Positions 7,179 through 10,521 of a DNA stretch of 10,521 nt are shown in pieces. The notes under the pieces were generated by a model, which was given only the letters and a program-made list of their open reading frames with translations, did no database searches and was not told the DNA's origin. Numbering within the stretch: the stretch's first letter is position 1; every line of letters starts with the position of its first letter. This stretch comes from Selaginella moellendorffii. Its lineage: Eukaryota > Plantae > Lycopodiophyta. The DNA is taken from assembly GCF_000143415.4 (NCBI RefSeq), contig NW_003314505.1:1-10521 (forward strand). The letters run 5' to 3'. The translations under genes and the position numbers were made by a program.

Positions 7179-10088
7179 ATGGCGTGGGGGCAAGTCACTG
7201 CTACCGTGTATGGGCTCATCCGGGATTCCAAGCACGCCGATGCGATCAAGTGAGTGGCGCCTGGAGATTTCGTGGATTTTGTGATCACGAGCTTCGATTT
7301 GATGCAGATTTCTTGAGGAGCAGCTGTGGCTGTTCCCGGAGAATCAAGCCGCGCTGTCGCTGCTGGGGTATTGTCACTATGTTCTTGGGGATTTCCACGC
7401 TGCGTCCTCAATGTAGGCGTTGCTGCGTCCGCATTGCGTGATTCTTGGCTCTGATCGTGTGCATTTTGTCATCCAGGTACCAGAAGCTGACGAAAATTTG
7501 CCCCAACCAAGAGAACTATCGCTTGTATCACGCTCAATCGCTCTACAAGGTATTTAAAGTTTTTATTTCTTTTTCTAGCGAGAAAAGCGTAATTTTTCTT
7601 CTAGGCCGGGATGCTTTGTGAAGCTGGAAAAGCGTGCCTCTCGCTGGAAGGAATGCAGCGTAGAGTTTTGGGATTGCAGGCTTGCATTCGATACGAGGAG
7701 GGAGATATTGCTGGTACTTCTTTCTTTAATTTTTTTTATCCCCCTGCATCCTTTTACTTTTCAGGTAGTCGAATGATACTGGAGGAACAATCTCGCGATG
7801 ATATGGACGCTGCTGTTAATCTCGGATGCTGCCTTTACAAGGTATACTTTGAGGCATTCAAGGCATGCTTTGTAACATTCTCTTGACTTCAGGAAGGAAG
7901 CTATCAAGAAGCGTATTCCAAGTTTACTGATGCAATAAACGCATTTGGTTTTCAGGCAAGCACCTTTCCTAAGTTCTCTCTGATAACTTAGTGAGAGATT
8001 TCAGCCCGAGCTGGCCTACAACAGAGCTGTTTGTCTTTACCGTCTAAAGCATTACGGTCCAGGTAATGTTATTCTTCGACAATCAATGAACGAATTTTCT
8101 TTACGTTAGTTTGCAGCTCTTAGTGTTCTTGCAGAAATTATTGAACATGGAGTGCGACAATATCCCGAATTCAGCATTGGTAGGTATGCTCTTTGTCACC
8201 ACATTAGTTGCTTTTGCATATATTCTAGACTATACATTTTCTGTTTGTAAAGCCACGTAGAGGGCATTGAGCTATGTAGCGTTGGAAACAGCCCAGCGCT
8301 CAAAGAATCTGCATTAGTCGAAGCTTTCAACTTGAAGGTCCGATCAAAATTCTTTTTGACTCACTTGATTCGGTTCTTTGTTTAGGCTGCCATTGACTAC
8401 GCTAATGGAAATTTGGAGGCCGCAAAGGAAAACCTCACTGACATGCCACCACGTGCAGAAGAAGAGTTAGACTCGGTACATTCTGATACTTTCGCTAAGT
8501 TGTTTATTTTTGTTTTTTCTTTCCTCAGGTCACGCTTCACAATCAAGCCCTGATGAATATGGAAGTTGATCCTACTGCAGGCTTCCGTAAACTTAATTTT
8601 TTGTTGCAGGTAGATATTTTTATTCTTTTATGATTATTCTGACCACTCGCTATAGAATCCTCCATTTCCTTCAGAGACATTGGCTAATCTACTTCTGCTG
8701 TATTGTAAACCTTCCCATGGATTCTACGACCTTGCTGCTGATGTAATGGCAGAGCATGCGGAAGTTATCTTCAAGTATCTATCTCAGGTACGCTTGAAGC
8801 ACATAAACTTCACAAGCATTAGTCTTTTTACATCTAATATTATGCAGGACCTCTACGACTTTATTAACTGCATCATTTTGACAAAGACGTCACCGGAGGT
8901 TGTTCAATTATTGTTAGTTGTGATGTTGTTGAGCTAAGCTTGACTATTGGACAGGATGCATATCAAAAGATGAATGAGCTGGCAAATCGTTATAGTGAAA
9001 CCATGCGCAGGCTCACCAAACAAATCCAGGATTCTTGTCTTTCTCGCGATCAGGAGGGCCACAAGAAGGCTTTGGCAGAGTATGAAGACTGTCTTGAGGT
9101 AAGATGTTCGTAATGTTTTGTCTTTTGCTTTTCGAGCATCGGCTCTTCTATAGTATTATATACCTATCATCATGGCAATTGCAAAGCTTTTCTGGGACAA
9201 AGAAAATTACGTGCAAGTAGAGCGTATTTTCCACCAGTCAGCAGACTTGTGTTCGGATCATCCTGTTTGGCGACTGAATGTCGCTCACACTTTCTTTATG
9301 CAGGTGAGCTAATCGTATTTGCTATCTATGCTTATTGTGCATCTAACAGGATAATCGCTACAAAGAAGCAATCCATTACTATGAACCGATTGTAAAGAAA
9401 GCGGGAGATGACATTCTCAGTGTCACAGCAATTGTGCTCGCGAATCTCTGCGTTTCATACATTATGACCAGCCAGGTACTTTAAACAAATAGTACGACGA
9501 AATTGTAATATATTGGTCTTTAGCAGAATGAAGAGGCCGAAGATTTGATGCGAAAGATTGAAAAAGAGGAAGAGAGAGCGCACTACGAGGTTTGCCATTT
9601 CTATATAACTTAAGCGGCTACTAGTGGTTTTAATTCTGTGTTCCTTTTCTAGAATCCAGACAAGCAGGAATTGCATTTATGCATTGTAAACCTTGTGATC
9701 GGTACCCTCTACTGCGCAAAACAAAACTTCGAGTTCGGTATTAGCCGTATCATCAGAAGTCTGGAGCCTTATGGGAAAAAGCTGGAAGCAGACACGTGGT
9801 TTTATGCGAAGCGTTGCTTTCTTGCATTGGTCGATAGCCTTGCGAAACAGATGATCGTGGTAAGCAACAAAAGACGAGGCACGGATTCATGAAATCTAAT
9901 CTCAAGCTTGCGTGATGCAGTTGAAGGACGCGACATACGCCGACATAGACGACTTTCTTGATGCTGCGGACAGCCAAGGCAAGACTGTCTACACATCCGT
10001 GGAGAGTCCCGGCGAGGGCCAGAACTCCAACACGGTCTCCAGAGAAGCCAGGCTGCTCAAGAGGATGTTTCTGAAGATTAGAGAATGA
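7179..10088 (+). CDS. IFT70: Intraflagellar transport protein 70 (TTC30/DYF-1/fleer), TPR protein of IFT-B. Exons: 7179-7249, 7308-7412, 7477-7549, 7605-7713, 7765-7841, 7893-7955, 8005-8062, 8117-8183, 8253-8337, 8386-8475, 8529-8609, 8656-8787, 8848-8898, 8955-9098, 9154-9303, 9350-9475, 9527-9589, 9653-9859, 9921-10088. Possible extra first exon 7063-7117 spliced to 7174.
   Basis: Manual splicing gives an open 1920-nt CDS (639 aa). It contains IFT70 family motifs AALSLLGYCHY, YRLYHAQSLYK, SVGNS..LKESALVEAFNLKAAIDY, LTDMPPRAEEELD.VTLHN.AL, GFRKLNFLLQNPPFP.ETLANLLLLYCKPSHGFYDLAADV, W.LNVAHTFFMQDN.YKEAI, TAIVLANLCVSYIMTSQNEEAEDLMRKIEKEE, HLCIVNLVIGTLYCAK.NFEFGISR, DTWFYAKRC and EARLLKRMFLK. 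The start codon is uncertain (7179 or 7063). Confidence 0.95.
7956..8004 (+). other. GC-AG intron in IFT70 (49 nt)
   Basis: CAG|GCAAGC...TTTCAG|CCC. Removing it restores the conserved GFQ-PELAYN. Confidence 0.85.
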
Positions 10089-10132
10089 GGTATGTCCGTC
10101 CATTCAGCTTGCTAGTTCCTAAGATAACTTCA

Positions 10133-10390
10133 TTACAGGTAGGCATGGCTTGCAAGCCTTGGTGTTGCAAAAACTTCAAGTGGAACCTTTCGTCTCACCG
10201 CCACTCCTTCCGAGATCTCGTCCATGCTCAGCTCCTTGCCACTGACCTTCCACTCGAACCCATGGACGAGACGAGCAAGTGTACGAAACCATGGGGCTAC
10301 GCCAAGAGACAATCCGGAACAGATCCTTCGACCAGATCCAAAAGGCAGCAGCTCAAAGTTCTTGAGGTTGACGATCTCACTAGCCAAAGA
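10133..10390 (-). pseudogene. Cytochrome P450 C-terminal fragment (CYP71-clan/A-type-like), 5'-truncated
   Basis: NFELLPFGSGRRICSG heme-binding signature (FxxGxRxCxG; Cys at 10319-10321), LARLVHGFEW and a PL...ATPRL C-terminus, with stop at 10133-10135. No PERF or ExxR motif upstream; similarity ends near 10390. Confidence 0.8.
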
Positions 10391-10464
10391 TGGTTGCCAC
10401 TGCTTGTGAGGTAGGGTTCGCGGAGAGATTCTTCGTTCGCGGCGGCAGCTCTCCTCTGGCGACA

Positions 10465-10521
10465 ATGTCGCTGCCGCTGAAGCGCCGCGCGGAGGCGCTT
10501 GAGGATGATTTAGGCCCTACG
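10465..10521 (+). CDS. Probable 5' end of an unidentified gene running off the window (MSLPLKRRAEALEDDLGPT...)
   Basis: ATG in ACAATGTC context with an open frame to the edge, a GC-rich leader, telo-like TAGGGTT at 10412-10418 and an N-terminal KRR basic patch. Only 19 codons are visible. Confidence 0.35.
   Translation, partial: MSLPLKRRAEALEDDLGPT

Noticed and set aside
6794-7441. Short ORFs between KPNB1 and IFT70 on both strands
   Set aside because: They cross predicted introns, UTRs and low-complexity T or purine runs, with no homology signal.
4227-10088. KPNB1 and IFT70 as a functional ciliary-import gene cluster
   Set aside because: The best-known ciliary importin link in animals involves importin-beta2/transportin and KIF17. 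Adjacency in such a compact genome is expected by chance, and there is no synteny evidence here.
1-10521. Prokaryotic systems (CRISPR, operons, defence islands) or structural RNA genes
   Set aside because: The sequence is spliceosomal-intron-rich plant DNA. I saw no repeat-spacer array, tRNA or rRNA.

Overview
This is eukaryotic, gene-dense plant genomic DNA. The 46-69 nt introns, a PLS-class PPR gene and an intraflagellar-transport gene point to a land plant with flagellated sperm; Selaginella is my best guess (inference). From left to right: (1) a collapsed, CpG-eroded Ty1/copia LTR retrotransposon (LTR end, tRNA-iMet PBS, gag knuckle, protease and RNase H remnants, second LTR end; 1-1199); (2) a scrambled PPR pseudogene fragment (- strand); (3) an intronless PLS-type PPR gene ending in E1 plus a partial E2, with unusual 10-17 aa insertions in three L motifs (- strand); (4) a short divergent promoter with telo-boxes; (5) importin beta-1 (KPNB1), interrupted by an assembly gap; (6) a 19-20 exon IFT70/TTC30 gene with a GC-AG intron; (7) a 5'-truncated cytochrome P450 fragment (- strand); (8) the probable start of another gene at the right edge. 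I see no clear new multi-gene system. The best candidate for novelty is the PPR protein with loop-extended L motifs and no visible DYW domain or transit peptide.
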